Part shown: in pieces, positions 1 to 11,095 of the stretch | How the letters are laid out: each line of letters begins with the position of its first letter | Numbering within the stretch: the first letter of the stretch is position 1 | The notes under the pieces: generated by a model | Databases searched by the model: none | Told to the model about the DNA's origin: nothing | The model's input: only the letters and a program-made list of their open reading frames with translations | Made by a program: the position numbers and the translations under genes | Source: an uncultured delta proteobacterium | GTDB lineage: Bacteria; Myxococcota_A; Polyangia; Fen-1088 | DNA length: 64,000 nt | Assembly: GCA_963755125.1 (NCBI GenBank) | Contig: CAVWIP010000008.1 | Location: forward strand, 224,001 to 288,000 | Direction of reading: 5' to 3'

Positions 1-1397
1 TAGGTTAGCCCGAAGGAGTAGGTGCTGTCGTGCCAGACATCGTGTTGGCGCACGATGGGGACGCCCACCGTTGGCCCCAGCAGCAACGCGAAACGGTCTG
101 TCCGGTAGAGAGGCCAGAGTGCATCGAAGGAGATCCCTGTTCGCAAGAACGACGACTGGTAGTCCTGAAAAGTTGCGTTATAGGACGAAAACTCGGCGCG
201 CACCCGCAGTGCCAGCCCGCCGACCTGGCGCATGTAGGAAAGCGCGGCCAGCCCGACCAAGGATCCGGTTCCAGACACTGGGCTGCTCTGCAGCCCGAGA
301 TCTATGCCCAAAGAATTGGGCTGCCACGGCCCGCCCTTCTCGCGATGATTTTCGGCGTCTGCCACGACCGGGGCCATGGACGCTGTGTCGATGATCGTCG
401 AGCTACCCGCCGCGAGAGAGAACGTCGTCTCGCTGACACCGGCCAGAACCCGCCGCACGACCCGGTACTCGCCCGCAGGCAGGGCCAGGTACACGTCCTC
501 GCTGGAGGTGGACCCCAACTCCGCGATCACCTCGCCGCGCCCCTTGTTCACCACCGTATAGGTGACGCCGGTTTCGCGCGGAAAGACCAGGCGAGCATCG
601 TTGGGCCGCGTGCGCGCCAGAATCACGTCGCCGGCGCCCGACATGCGGTAGTCGTAGGTCGGGTGCTGGCCGCCGACCAAGCTGGCCGCGGTGCTGGCCA
701 GGGTGCGCCTGAAGGCGAACTGATAAACCTCACCCAAGGTCACCTGCCCGTCGTGTGACGAGTCGGCAGCGCCGCGCAGGCCGGCCATGATGTTGTGGGT
801 GAAGAAAGAGCCCCCGAGGTCGTCGGACTCCTGCGACAGTTCGTTGGCCGTCGAGGAAGTCACGATCGCCATGCCCTTGACGCTCCCGGGATCGGCCAGA
901 TGGATCTCGTAGCCCGGGGCACGTCGGCCGCCCTTGACGCCCGTGAGCGCGCCCGACTGGCAGGCGTCCACGAAAGCCACGCGCACGTCAGCCCCGGAGA
1001 GCTGTTCCAGATAAGAACGCAGGTCGCGCAGAGGCAAGCGCGACGAGCCCAGCTCGAGGGCCTCCTGATCGCCATGGCCCGAGTAGTAGAAAAGGAAGAG
1101 GGTCCGTTTTCCCTCGGCATGGGCACGATCGAGTTGCGCCCGCGCTGCCGCCAGCGCCTGCTCGACCGCTTCACGCCGCGCCCCCTGCACGGTGACGACG
1201 TTGTCGAATTCACCCGCGCCCCGAAGCAAGCTGGCCAACCGGCCAGCTTCCGCCTCGGCATAGCGAAGCGTCCGCCCGGGATCCCTCCCCAGGTTGTTGC
1301 CCACCACGACTGCCACGCGGGCCTGCTGCGTCTGCGCGAAAGCAAAGCCCTGCCCCAAGGCCAAGATCAGCCAAGCGCCAAGAAAGCGAAGCGCCAT
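1..1397 (-). CDS. Secreted caspase-like (peptidase C14) protein with probable C-terminal beta-barrel; runs off window start
   Basis: Own translation from ATG 1397 (not in ORF track): signal peptide MALRFLGAWLILALGQGFAFA, VAVVVGNN, FYYSGHGD (catalytic His), AFVDACQSG (catalytic Cys), SQESDDLGGSFFT; no stop before base 1. Confidence 0.85.
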   Translation of the reverse strand, partial: MALRFLGAWLILALGQGFAFAQTQQARVAVVVGNNLGRDPGRTLRYAEAEAGRLASLLRGAGEFDNVVTVQGARREAVEQALAAARAQLDRAHAEGKRTLFLFYYSGHGDQEALELGSSRLPLRDLRSYLEQLSGADVRVAFVDACQSGALTGVKGGRRAPGYEIHLADPGSVKGMAIVTSSTANELSQESDDLGGSFFTHNIMAGLRGAADSSHDGQVTLGEVYQFAFRRTLASTAASLVGGQHPTYDYRMSGAGDVILARTRPNDARLVFPRETGVTYTVVNKGRGEVIAELGSTSSEDVYLALPAGEYRVVRRVLAGVSETTFSLAAGSSTIIDTASMAPVVADAENHREKGGPWQPNSLGIDLGLQSSPVSGTGSLVGLAALSYMRQVGGLALRVRAEFSSYNATFQDYQSSFLRTGISFDALWPLYRTDRFALLLGPTVGVPIVRQHDVWHDSTYSFGLT

Positions 1398-1471
1398 GAT
1401 TGAAGCGTACCTCATTTTTTCGCGGCAAAGACGTCGATCGCAACCATGCTCATGCCCGTTAGTGACCATGG

Positions 1472-2275
1472 TCACGGCCGCCTGAGCAAAAAAGACACCT
1501 GCTCTGCTTGTACAGGCAAGCGCGCCGCTTGCCTGATGTCGCCCCCGACTGCGGCCAGCGCCTCGGCCACGGCTGTGCGAACGACGTCTTCGCCGACAGA
1601 GGCCGGCGTCCAGAGGGCAAAAACCCTTTCCCAGCCGTGGTGGTCATCCAGTTCCACTGACTCGGGCAGCATGACCTCGGAGCCCGGTGGGGCGCTCACG
1701 CCGGTCAACACATCGTCGCGGTAGTAGGGGAACAGCCGGCCGGCGTCGTCGACCCCGAACACCAGCAGCATGCCGGGTTGATCCTTGGTATAAGCAAAGC
1801 GCAAGCGGTCGCCCACGACGAAATCGTCGCCATCCTTGACCGGAAAAACGTTCTCACCGCGTTTGCAGAACGCCTCGACCAAGAGCGCGCCCTTGGCTCG
1901 CACGGCTCCCGCGACGTGCCTCGCGGCTCCGGTGCTCTGGCTGGGCGCCAGCGGTGGAGGAGAGAAGGCACCGCGCGACATCACAAGCAAGACCACGGCC
2001 GCCACCGCAACCGGGCTCAGCGTCAAAGGCACGACAAGCCGCCACCAGGCCCTGCGACGCCGTTCAGCCACGCTCGCCAGGATCGCACGAGCTGCCGCCA
2101 GGCTTTGGGCCTGAGGATCGGTTCCCAGCAATTCCTGGCGGGCCGATGCCAACTCCGCCAATGCTGCCGCACACCGGTCGCAGGTACGCAGGTGGGTGCT
2201 GGCATAAGGGGATCGCTCGGCCTCGGGCTTCGCCTCCCACCGCACCAACTCCAAGTGCAAAAGGCAATCCGTCAT
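1472..2275 (-). CDS. Anti-sigma factor-like membrane protein (N-terminal HxxxCxxC, TM helix, DUF4384-like C-terminal domain)
   Basis: HLRTCDRC motif, hydrophobic helix, GDRLRFAY...ESVELDD; overlaps ECF sigma stop. Confidence 0.75.
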   Translation of the reverse strand: MTDCLLHLELVRWEAKPEAERSPYASTHLRTCDRCAAALAELASARQELLGTDPQAQSLAAARAILASVAERRRRAWWRLVVPLTLSPVAVAAVVLLVMSRGAFSPPPLAPSQSTGAARHVAGAVRAKGALLVEAFCKRGENVFPVKDGDDFVVGDRLRFAYTKDQPGMLLVFGVDDAGRLFPYYRDDVLTGVSAPPGSEVMLPESVELDDHHGWERVFALWTPASVGEDVVRTAVAEALAAVGGDIRQAARLPVQAEQVSFLLRRP

Positions 2276-2835
2276 CAGTCTCCCTCCCTCCTCGTTCCCC
2301 CATCAGGCTGCGCTGGCCCGAGCAGATCCCGAGCGATTCGTTCCAGCCTGCGCAGTCGGTTGAACACCGTTCGCCGCGTGATCCCCAGAATCTTTGCGAT
2401 CTCGACCTGCGACATGCCGTCCACGTAGTGCATGACTGCCACCGTCGCCCCGGCTTCGCCACAGCGGTCCAGCACGGCTGCCACGAAGTCGCGATCCGCG
2501 TGCCGTCCCTCCATCGATCCAGACGACGAAGGCCGCACCCGCAGGGACGCCGCAGCGCGGGTGTGAACCTTGAGCTCACGGATGTGGTTCAAACAAACAT
2601 TGGTCGACACACGGTACAGATAGCGGAGTCCATCGTCGTCGTTGGGAAACACGGGCCCGCGCGTCAGCACGCGCACGAACGCCTCTTGGGTCGCATCCCG
2701 AGCCGCCGCCTGCGACTGCAACATTCGCCGACAGTGGGCGTAGATCGCCGGCGCGTACTTCTGATACAGTGCGGCTAGAGCAGTCTCGCTGATTCTTTCC
2801 ACGACTGGGGGGCTCGCCTCTCGGCCCGCGCTCAT
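2275..2835 (-). CDS. ECF-family RNA polymerase sigma factor
   Basis: LYQKYAPAIYAHCRRML..AARDATQEAF (region 2), GMSQVEIAKILGITRRTVFNRL (region 4); start at ATG 2835 is my choice. Confidence 0.9.
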   Translation of the reverse strand: MSAGREASPPVVERISETALAALYQKYAPAIYAHCRRMLQSQAAARDATQEAFVRVLTRGPVFPNDDDGLRYLYRVSTNVCLNHIRELKVHTRAAASLRVRPSSSGSMEGRHADRDFVAAVLDRCGEAGATVAVMHYVDGMSQVEIAKILGITRRTVFNRLRRLERIARDLLGPAQPDGGTRREGD

Positions 2836-3347
2836 CAGAGCATAGCCGGCCGCGCTGCTGGAAAAAAGTTGAGCCGCGCATTCTCCGACGCTATCCGACG
2901 CCAAAGCCAGGCCCACGGCGCGCAAGGCCATGCCGCCCCTATCGTTGAAAAGAACGCGACCGCAAGCCGGTCCGGCCTCCGCGGACAAGCGAGCCATGGG
3001 TGTGATAGGCCGCGTTCCAAGCATCGATTCTCAATGAGAGCCCCGCGAATTCCGCGGAACGAATCATCCTCCTCCGCCGCTTGAACACGCGAGCCTGACC
3101 TGTTGGGAACGGGGGTGGTCCAGCCTCGCTTGCCTTGCGAACCGGCCCCGGATCCGAAGGCGACGGCGAGCCGACCCGCGAGCGCGTTCTCGCGCCCCGG
3201 ATGATGAAAGTCGGCTCCCTCAGGCACGCTGGACAGGCATCTTGCCGGCGGAAGGTAAGTTGGTGTACAACCACGTCCTCCTTTGTCGCTTCCCACTTGT
3301 CCATGCTTGATGGTTGGGGAGCGCGCACAACCAACGAGGCTCCCCCC

Positions 3348-5261
3348 ATGAGAACGACCAGACACCCGAGAATCCGAGTTGCCCTGCGCCCGTTTTCCAC
3401 TGCCTTTGTAGTCACGGCCCTGCTCGCTTCCGGCGGGACCGCGTCGGCGGCCAAGAAGAAAGCCGCTGACCAAGGCGAGACAACAGAAGCAGCCCCGGCC
3501 GAACAAACTTCGGCCCCGGCCGACTCAGCGCCCGTGGCGGCCCCAGCTCCGGCCCCTGCTCCCGCTCCTGTTGCGGCTCCGGCTCCCGCTCCTGCCGCGG
3601 CCCCGGCCGCGGCTCCCGAGGAGGCCACGACCCAGCCCGAACCCGGCGCTGCCAGCCCCCAGCGCAAGCGCTCGACGAGGACTACCGAGCTCGGCCTTTC
3701 TCCCCAGAGCACGACGTACGCCGCCGACAACACCGGCCCGCCCGTGGTGACCGAGGCGCCAGCCGAGGACTGGGGCTTCAAGTTCCACGGCTTCTTCCGC
3801 GGTCCCATGCGCCTGAGCATGGATACTGAGACAGGCCAGGGCCTGCAGTTCCACGCACCGCCCGTGACGCCCGACTTGAACTACACCACGTGGAACTACA
3901 CCAACAACAACCCCGGACCTTGGGGCGAGGCGATCTTCCAGTACGGGAACAACCGCGCCATCATGACCATGGCCATCGCCAGCTACAACATCACCTCGGG
4001 CGGCTGGCGCGAGTTGCAGGACCAGCTCGGCATCGACCGCGCGTTCGTCACCCTCAATTTCCCCGACGCCCTTGGCGACATTGGCAAGATGACGTGGAAC
4101 GTGGGCGTGTTCTCGGACCGCTACGGCGCCATGGGGAAGTACGACGGCGGTGCCTATGACACTTACATAATCGGCCGCACCCGCGTTGCCGGCGCCACGG
4201 GCACATTCGATCTGGACCTCGCCGACGACTTCAGGCTGGTCATAGAGGGCGGGTTCGGCGCCAAGATGGATGTGCAACAGTGGCAGCCATATCCGTACAC
4301 CTCGTGGCAGCCCTACCCTGGCTACATACAGATGGGCACCTCGCTCCTGGGCCACCTCCACGTCGGTGTGGTGTTCAACAATATCTGGACCTTCACCCTT
4401 CACTACATGGACACCTTCACCAGGGACGCCATGCGGACCAACATGAACAGTTCGACTTTCGGGGGCATTGACAACTACATCAGCCCGAGTGGCCCCAACA
4501 TGAACGCGGCCCTGAACACCGACGCCCGGAACGGCGACATGCGAATCCTGGGTGCCGACCTGAGACTGGACGGTGGATGGATGGGGATCGGCTATCTCGG
4601 GTTCTCCACGATCAAGGCCTCCAACGCCGGCGTCTTGCAGGACACCATCGAAGTCGTCCACTCGCAAGGTGGCTGGCAGTTCACCAACAACTTCCTCGGC
4701 GACAATGGAAACGGAACCGTCAACAACATCGGGTTCCAGTACACCTTCAGCCTGGCCGCCTTCATGCTGCGACCGCAGGCATGGTGGGGCCAAGGCGCGG
4801 ACTTCACGGTCCAGCTCTTCGGCATCTACACCTGGATTACGGGCTTGGGGGATTCGGCGGCCGTTTCTCCGGGCGCGTATTTCGTGGGCATTGTTGGACC
4901 CGACGGCGCGGGTACCAAGAAGCTCAAGACGGGGACGCAGTTGCTCTACACCCCGCTGCCCTTCATGTCAGCCGGTGTTCGTCTGGACTGGGTTCAGCCG
5001 AACATGGACAACAGCACCCACAACTTCACGGTCATCTCTCCGCGGCTCATCTTCCGCACCGAGTTCGTGACCCACGAGCAGATCACGGTCCAGTACCAGT
5101 ACTACGACTATGGAAGCTGGTATTACAAGAGCAGCAACGGGGTGGGGACGGGAATGCCGTGGCCGGGCCTACCCTATCCCTACGGCCAGGCAGGGAATCT
5201 CTGGAACCCAGTTCGACCCGACAAGAACACGTTCACGATTGCCGCCAGCATGTGGTGGTAG
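3348..5261 (+). CDS. Outer-membrane beta-barrel protein, probable carbohydrate porin
   Basis: Signal peptide, Ala/Pro linker, amphipathic beta strands, aromatic C terminus (IAASMWW); directly upstream of GH9. Confidence 0.6.
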   Translation: MRTTRHPRIRVALRPFSTAFVVTALLASGGTASAAKKKAADQGETTEAAPAEQTSAPADSAPVAAPAPAPAPAPVAAPAPAPAAAPAAAPEEATTQPEPGAASPQRKRSTRTTELGLSPQSTTYAADNTGPPVVTEAPAEDWGFKFHGFFRGPMRLSMDTETGQGLQFHAPPVTPDLNYTTWNYTNNNPGPWGEAIFQYGNNRAIMTMAIASYNITSGGWRELQDQLGIDRAFVTLNFPDALGDIGKMTWNVGVFSDRYGAMGKYDGGAYDTYIIGRTRVAGATGTFDLDLADDFRLVIEGGFGAKMDVQQWQPYPYTSWQPYPGYIQMGTSLLGHLHVGVVFNNIWTFTLHYMDTFTRDAMRTNMNSSTFGGIDNYISPSGPNMNAALNTDARNGDMRILGADLRLDGGWMGIGYLGFSTIKASNAGVLQDTIEVVHSQGGWQFTNNFLGDNGNGTVNNIGFQYTFSLAAFMLRPQAWWGQGADFTVQLFGIYTWITGLGDSAAVSPGAYFVGIVGPDGAGTKKLKTGTQLLYTPLPFMSAGVRLDWVQPNMDNSTHNFTVISPRLIFRTEFVTHEQITVQYQYYDYGSWYYKSSNGVGTGMPWPGLPYPYGQAGNLWNPVRPDKNTFTIAASMWW

Positions 5262-5268
5262 CGCAGCG

Positions 5269-7811
5269 ATGCGCGTAGTCCTTCCCGCGCTGCTCTTGCC
5301 TCTGGCGGTGGGCTGCGTGCCCATTGGTGCGAAGACCGCGCCGCCAGGGCGTGGGTCGGACAACAGCGGCTCCGCGGGTTCCGAATCAGGGTCCGCCGGG
5401 ACCGACGATATCGCTCTGTCAATCCACAATCTCATTGCCAACGCCACCTTTGCCGACGGGACCAGCCTGCCCTGGACGTCGTCCTTCACGGCGCCCGCGG
5501 CGGGCTCGGCCTCGGTGGTCGACGGCGCGCTCTGCCTGGAAGTCACCAATCGCGGCTCGAACAACTGGGACGCCCAGCTTCGCCACCGCGAGATGACCAT
5601 CCAGAAGGGCCACAAGTACAGCATCAGTTTCGTGGCCTATGCCAGCCAGCCGACCACCATCCGTCCCAAGGTGGGCATGCAAGGCCCGCCCTACGCGGAA
5701 TACTGGTTTCAAGAGATCCGCCTCGACGGAACGCCGCGAAGGTTCAAGGCCCATTTCCGTAAGTCCGGTCCCGACGATCCGACCGCCGAGTTCACCTTTC
5801 ACGTGGGCGGTTCTCTGGCGAACGAGACGCGCGGGCCGTTCCGCGTGTGCATCGACGACGTGCGCCTGGAGGATTCCGACTTCATCCGCCCGGCCGGGAA
5901 CCGGGGCGCGCCACCCGCGCCCGTGCTGGTGAATCAGGTCGGCTACTTCCCCGGGTTGGTGAAGCTGGCGACGGTGCGCACCGGGGGAACACGCCCCAGC
6001 CCTGGCGGCTGGTCGATGGCGCCGGGCGCGAGGTCAAGTCGGGACAGACCCAGGTGGCGGGATCCGACGCCTTGGCCGGCGACACGGTTCAGATTGCCGA
6101 CTTCTCTGCAGTCAATCAGCGAGGCCGCGGCTTCGCCGTCGTGGTTGGCTCCGGTCGCAGCCATCCCTTCGACATCAGCCCGACCATCTATCACAAGCTC
6201 AAGTACGACGCGCTGACCTTCTACTACCACAATCGCAGCGGCATCGAGATCGCGATGCCCTATGCGGGCGGCCCGCAGTGGACGCGGCCGGCCGGCCACC
6301 TGTCCGACAAGAGCGTGCCCTGCGCGTTCGGCTCGGGCTGCAGCTATCGTCTGGACGTATCGGGCGGCTGGTACGATGCCGGCGATCACGGAAAATACGT
6401 GGTCAACGGCGGGATCTCGGTGTGGACTCTGCTCAATCTCTACGAGCGAACCAAGCACCTCGGCACGTCGCTGACCGACTTCGGCGACGGACGCATGAAC
6501 ATTCCCGAGCAGGGCAACGGCGTTCCCGACCTCCTCGACGAGGTTCGCTGGGAGATGGAGTTCCTGCTCAAGATGCAGGTTCCCGACGGCGAACGCGCCG
6601 GGATGGTTCATCACAAGATTCACGACAAGGAATGGACCGCGCTTGGCCTCGCTCCGCACGAGGATCCCATGCCGCGCTTCCTCTATCCGCCCAGCACTGC
6701 GGCGACGCTTAATCTCGCGGCGGTGGCGGCCCAGGCGGCGCGCATCTGGCAGAGCATCGACCCGGCGTTTTCCGGGCGCTGCCTGGCGGCGGCCGAGCGG
6801 GCCTGGCAGGCGGCGCAAAGCCATCCCGCAGTCTTCGCGCCGCCCGGCGGTGTCGGGGGCGGGCCCTACGAAGACATCAAGGTCGATGATGAATTCTACT
6901 GGGCGGCTGCCGAGCTCTACATCACGACGAAGAAGCCCGAGTACAAGCAGTTTCTCGTGTCCTCGCCCTACTACCTCAAGCTGGCGCCGCGCCTGCCCTC
7001 GACCAAGGAGGGCGGCGACGTGGCCTCGCCCATGACCTGGCAGGAAACCGCGGCGCTGGGGACCATCTCGCTTGCGGTCGTGCCCAACGGGTTGGGCGAC
7101 AACGAGATTGCGACGGCGCGCAAGGCGGTGACCAAGGCCGCGGATGTGTACATGCAGATCCTGCAAAAGCGCGGCTACCGGGTGCCCATCGACTATGGCA
7201 AAGCCAACAAGGCGCCCTGGGGCTCGAACTCATTCCTGTTAAACAACCTGGTGGTTCTAGCACTGGCGTATGACTTCAACGGCGGGCAGCGCTACCTGAA
7301 CGCGGTGGCGGCCGGCATGGACTACATTCTGGGCCGCAACCCCATGGATCAGTGCTACGTGACCGGCTACGGCGCCCGGCCTCTGCGCAACCCCCACCAT
7401 CGCTTCTGGTCGCACCAGTCCAACGACAAGTTCCCGTCGGCGCCGCCCGGCGTGGTTTCCGGCGGCCCCAACTCGGGTCTCGAGGATCCCTACGTGAAGG
7501 CGGCGGCGCTGGCCGGTTGTCCGCCCGAGAAGTGCTTTGCCGACAACATCGAATCCTGGGCCACCAACGAGATCACCATCAACTGGAACGCCCCTTTCGC
7601 GTGGGTGCTGGCCTACCTGGACGAGAAGGGCTCCGGTCCGCCCAAGGGCAAGCGGGCAGCGGCAGCGCCGACAACCGGCGAGGCGACAAGCGCACCCGCG
7701 CCCCAGGCTGAACCGACGCCCAAGGCGGACGCGACAAAGAAGACCAAGGCAAAACGCGCGACCAAGGCCAAGGCACGGCACAAGAAATCTGACACTGCCG
7801 CCACCAACTAG
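5269..7811 (+). pseudogene. Lipoprotein cellulase CBM4_9 + Ig-like + GH9, split by a 1-bp frameshift near 5983-5987 (true lesion or assembly error)
   Basis: Lipobox LAVGC; CBM4-like domain and VLVNQVGYFP in the 5110 frame; GGWYDAGDHGKY, NPHHR and SWATNEITINWNA in the 5847 frame; frames switch at a G5 run. Confidence 0.85.
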
Positions 7812-7903
7812 CAGGAATAGCCAAGTCGGATAAGTATTTCGCACTTTGAGAAGCTCCCGAGTTATAAGTTCGGGAAAAGGCAGTCATTCTGCACGGGGAG
7901 CCC

Positions 7904-9322
7904 ATGATCGCGCAGAGAACAGTCCGCCCCTGGTTCAATCGACACCTCTTCCTGGGAGCCGCCGCGTGGCTGCTCTTTACCCTGCCGGCCGGAACGGTCG
8001 CCGCGGCTGGCGTGAACCAGGATGCGGTGGCAAAGGTAGTACGCCTCAACAAGGAGGCCAGACAGTTCTACGACGCCATGGAATTCACGCTCGCCGAGAA
8101 GAGCCTGAAGAAGGCCTTGGAAATCGGTGAGGCCGCTTCCCTCGGGGATCACGTCGTGATGGCGGGAACCCACGGAAATCTGGGCGTGCTCTACGCCACC
8201 GGCATCAAGAACGAGGACCAGGCTCTCTTCCATTTCAAGAAGGCGCTGGAGTTGCGACCCGAGTACGTGCCAAGCAAGGAGATGAGCTCTCCCGAGGTGA
8301 AAGATCTCTTCCAGCGGGCGCGTTCCGAGATGGAAACTTCAGCAACGCCCTCGGTCCCCGACACCACCGGGCCGGCCGTGGCCTCACAGGGCCAGCTTCG
8401 TTGTCCGGCCGCGGAGGTGGCCAGGGCGGGCTCGTCACTGAAGCTGCGCTGCGTGGCCGACGGGCCGCTCACGGCCGCCGAGGTGATGGTCTACTTCCGC
8501 GCAGGGCGCGGTTCTGCATTCAAATCGCGCAAGATGTCGGCCGAATCGACCCTGGACGGAAGCTTGAGCTGGGCCACACAGCTTCCCCCCGAAGCAACCT
8601 CGGCTGATCAGCTCTTCCTCTACTTCGAGGCGCTCGACCGGCAGGGTGAAGTCGTCAGTTCGGTGGGGAGCACGGACAGCCCCACCGTGGTCGGCATCCG
8701 CAGCAGCGGGACTGTGGCAGCAAGCTCAGGTGGCGGATCGGAGACCGACGTCGGCGGCGAAGGCGAGTCAACTCGTGAGGAGTCCGGCTTCTGGTGGCTC
8801 GGCCTCGGCTTGGGTTCGGGGTACGGCTATGCCGGAAAGTCCGGGCCCGAGGGCTGGGGCAAACACGTACAAGATTACGTTCCTGGTCGGGCGCCGGCGC
8901 CCCTGGGCCAGGTCACGCCCGAGGTCGGCTACTTTCTGACACCGAGCCTGTCCCTGTCCGTGCAGGGACGACTGCAATATCTTCCCCGGACCAGTTCCCG
9001 CACTGCCGACGGGGCCATCGCGTTTTTGGCGCGGTTGCTGTATTTCACCAGTGGCGAAACCGTGCGTTTCTACGGCGGCGCGGTTCTGGGCGGCGGCAAC
9101 GGCTTCCGCCTCCAGGTCTCGGGCCTGCACACAGACGAAACCGGAAACAACACGGTCAGCGACACGGTCAGAGGCGGCCCGGTGGTATTCGGCGTCGGTG
9201 GCGGACTGTCGGTCAGCCTGAGCGATAGCTGGAGTTGGATCCTCGAAACCAACATCCTGGGAGGGGCTCCTGACTTTTCGATGGTCGTCGACTTGAACAC
9301 GGGCGTGCGCTACCGACTGTAG
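7904..9322 (+). CDS. TPR-containing secreted protein with C-terminal beta-barrel
   Basis: Signal peptide, TPR-like GNLGVLY..ALFHFKKALELRPEY, terminal strand LNTGVRYRL. Confidence 0.65.
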   Translation: MIAQRTVRPWFNRHLFLGAAAWLLFTLPAGTVAAAGVNQDAVAKVVRLNKEARQFYDAMEFTLAEKSLKKALEIGEAASLGDHVVMAGTHGNLGVLYATGIKNEDQALFHFKKALELRPEYVPSKEMSSPEVKDLFQRARSEMETSATPSVPDTTGPAVASQGQLRCPAAEVARAGSSLKLRCVADGPLTAAEVMVYFRAGRGSAFKSRKMSAESTLDGSLSWATQLPPEATSADQLFLYFEALDRQGEVVSSVGSTDSPTVVGIRSSGTVAASSGGGSETDVGGEGESTREESGFWWLGLGLGSGYGYAGKSGPEGWGKHVQDYVPGRAPAPLGQVTPEVGYFLTPSLSLSVQGRLQYLPRTSSRTADGAIAFLARLLYFTSGETVRFYGGAVLGGGNGFRLQVSGLHTDETGNNTVSDTVRGGPVVFGVGGGLSVSLSDSWSWILETNILGGAPDFSMVVDLNTGVRYRL

Positions 9323-9359
9323 CAATCCCGCAACTCATCCCTTGATCGGTCGATGTGCT

Positions 9360-10688
9360 CTACGCGTCGGCGGGTTTCGGTTCGGGCGGCGCTTTCTCGT
9401 GCCCGTCATTCATGCTGTGAACGAAGGGAGCGAACCACGCGGCCAACAGGCCCGGAATCGCGCAGAAGAGCACGACAGTGAAGAAGGTCGGATAGCCGAG
9501 CGCATCCGCGAGCTTGCCACTGAAGAATCCAGCGGAGAAATTGCAGAGACCCATGGTCCCGGTGGCGAAGGCGTAGTGCGCGGTCTGATACTGACCCGGC
9601 GAGATCTGCTTCATCATGTAGTACATGTGCGCGACGGCGCCGAAACCGTAAGTGAACATGGCCACGCAATAAACGGCGGCGATGAGCAAGGTATCGCTCG
9701 CATCGGGCTGCGACCTGGCGAGGAACATGAAGGCCACGTTCGGGATGACCAGGCTGCCCACGAAGAACATGAGGGTCTTGCGCGAGAGGCCGACCCTGGC
9801 CAGCACCAAGCCGCCCACCACGCTGGCCGCCAGGAACGACGCCGAGCCCCAGACGCCGCTGATCTTGCCGGCGGCTTGGTTGGTCAGGCCCAGGCCGCCT
9901 TCGGCGCGATCGGCGATGAGGAAGATGTTGTTGACCTTCTCGATCAGGTACCAGCTGAAGCGATAGAAGAAGGCCAGGGCCAGCATGCGCCAGATGAGCT
10001 TCTTCTGGAAGAAGGTCTTGTAGGCGTGAGCGAAGCCGGCCATCGCTTCAGCCATGTTCTTGGGCGCGTCCTTGGCCTTGGCGCCGGGGGGCATGAAGGT
10101 GGCGTGCCACGCGGCCAGGCCGCCGAGAATGGCTGCGGCGGCGAGGAAGACGTACATCCAGGCGATCTGCCAGGTGTAGCCGTAATCGTCGTGTAGCTTG
10201 CCGGCGACCCAGACCAGGGCGCCGAGCGCGATGAGCTGGCCGCCGGTCCAGGCCATGCTCTGGATGCCGGCCCAGCGCGCCTTCTGCTTGTCGTCGAGCG
10301 TGGTGACGTACACACCGTCGGTGCCGATGTCGATGGTGGCACCCACGAAGGCGCAGACCATCATGGCCCCGAAGGTGATGGCCAACCACACCGGCAGCTT
10401 CAACGCCAGGCCCGCCAGCGCCATCAAGACCGCGGCGCAGAGTTGCATCAGCACGACGAAGAACTTCTTGGTCTTGTAGAGCTCGAGCAGCGGTGCCCAC
10501 AGAAACTTGAAGGTGTAGGGCAACATGAGAATCGCCGCGAGCATCGTGATCGTGCTCTTCTCGACCCCCAGGTTCTTGAAGACGAAGGTCGTGCTGAGCG
10601 TGAGCGCGCACAACACGAATCCCATCGCCAGGTACGACGACGGAACCCACAAAACCGCCGGTGCGGCCTTCTTGGTCGTGTTTTCCAT
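9360..10688 (-). CDS. AmpG-like MFS transporter
   Basis: LPYTFKFLWAPLLE, ATIDIGTDGVY, QTAHYAFATG; about 12 hydrophobic segments. Confidence 0.85.
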   Translation of the reverse strand: MENTTKKAAPAVLWVPSSYLAMGFVLCALTLSTTFVFKNLGVEKSTITMLAAILMLPYTFKFLWAPLLELYKTKKFFVVLMQLCAAVLMALAGLALKLPVWLAITFGAMMVCAFVGATIDIGTDGVYVTTLDDKQKARWAGIQSMAWTGGQLIALGALVWVAGKLHDDYGYTWQIAWMYVFLAAAAILGGLAAWHATFMPPGAKAKDAPKNMAEAMAGFAHAYKTFFQKKLIWRMLALAFFYRFSWYLIEKVNNIFLIADRAEGGLGLTNQAAGKISGVWGSASFLAASVVGGLVLARVGLSRKTLMFFVGSLVIPNVAFMFLARSQPDASDTLLIAAVYCVAMFTYGFGAVAHMYYMMKQISPGQYQTAHYAFATGTMGLCNFSAGFFSGKLADALGYPTFFTVVLFCAIPGLLAAWFAPFVHSMNDGHEKAPPEPKPADA

Positions 10689-10740
10689 AGCCGGAGGCAA
10701 TACCATGAATCAGAGGACGGGAATAGGGGCGCGAGCAGAC

Positions 10741-10808
10741 GGGAGCGGTTCAGGTGTGGGTGGCGGTGACGGTGGCCGGGGCTGGTGCGGTGACAGAGGC
10801 TGTGGCGG
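10741..10808 (+). repeat. Left copy of 68-bp inverted repeat with GGTGNC-like hexamer periodicity
   Basis: 62/68 identical to the reverse complement of 15893-15960 (manual alignment). Confidence 0.9.
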
Positions 10809-11095
10809 GTTCGGGCCTTGCCGGCCTGGGCCGAGGCGGAGTCAGGGATGGGTCAGGCGCCGCCGGACAAGGTTCCCATACCCGGAATCGCTGCTGCCCT
10901 CAGGGGATTAGACAGCAAACCGAAACAGCGCATTTCGCGCAGGCAACTGGTCCGCAATGGGCAACACCTTGACATTGCTTGAGGTGACCGATGGGAAGTC
11001 GGCTCGGTGCCGTGACGTCTGCCGCCCGCCCGCGCTTGCGAAAAACGCCGTGGGGCGCCAAGCTGCGTCCGAAGACAGAGTTGGGCGGACGAAAC

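Noticed and set aside
3177..3330. LacI/CelR-like operators upstream of the barrel gene
   Set aside because: Only weak matches to TGGGAGCGCTCCCA in GC-rich sequence
3530..3620. Tandem GCTCCG-like repeats
   Set aside because: They encode an Ala/Pro linker; similar linkers occur near 24840 and 37140
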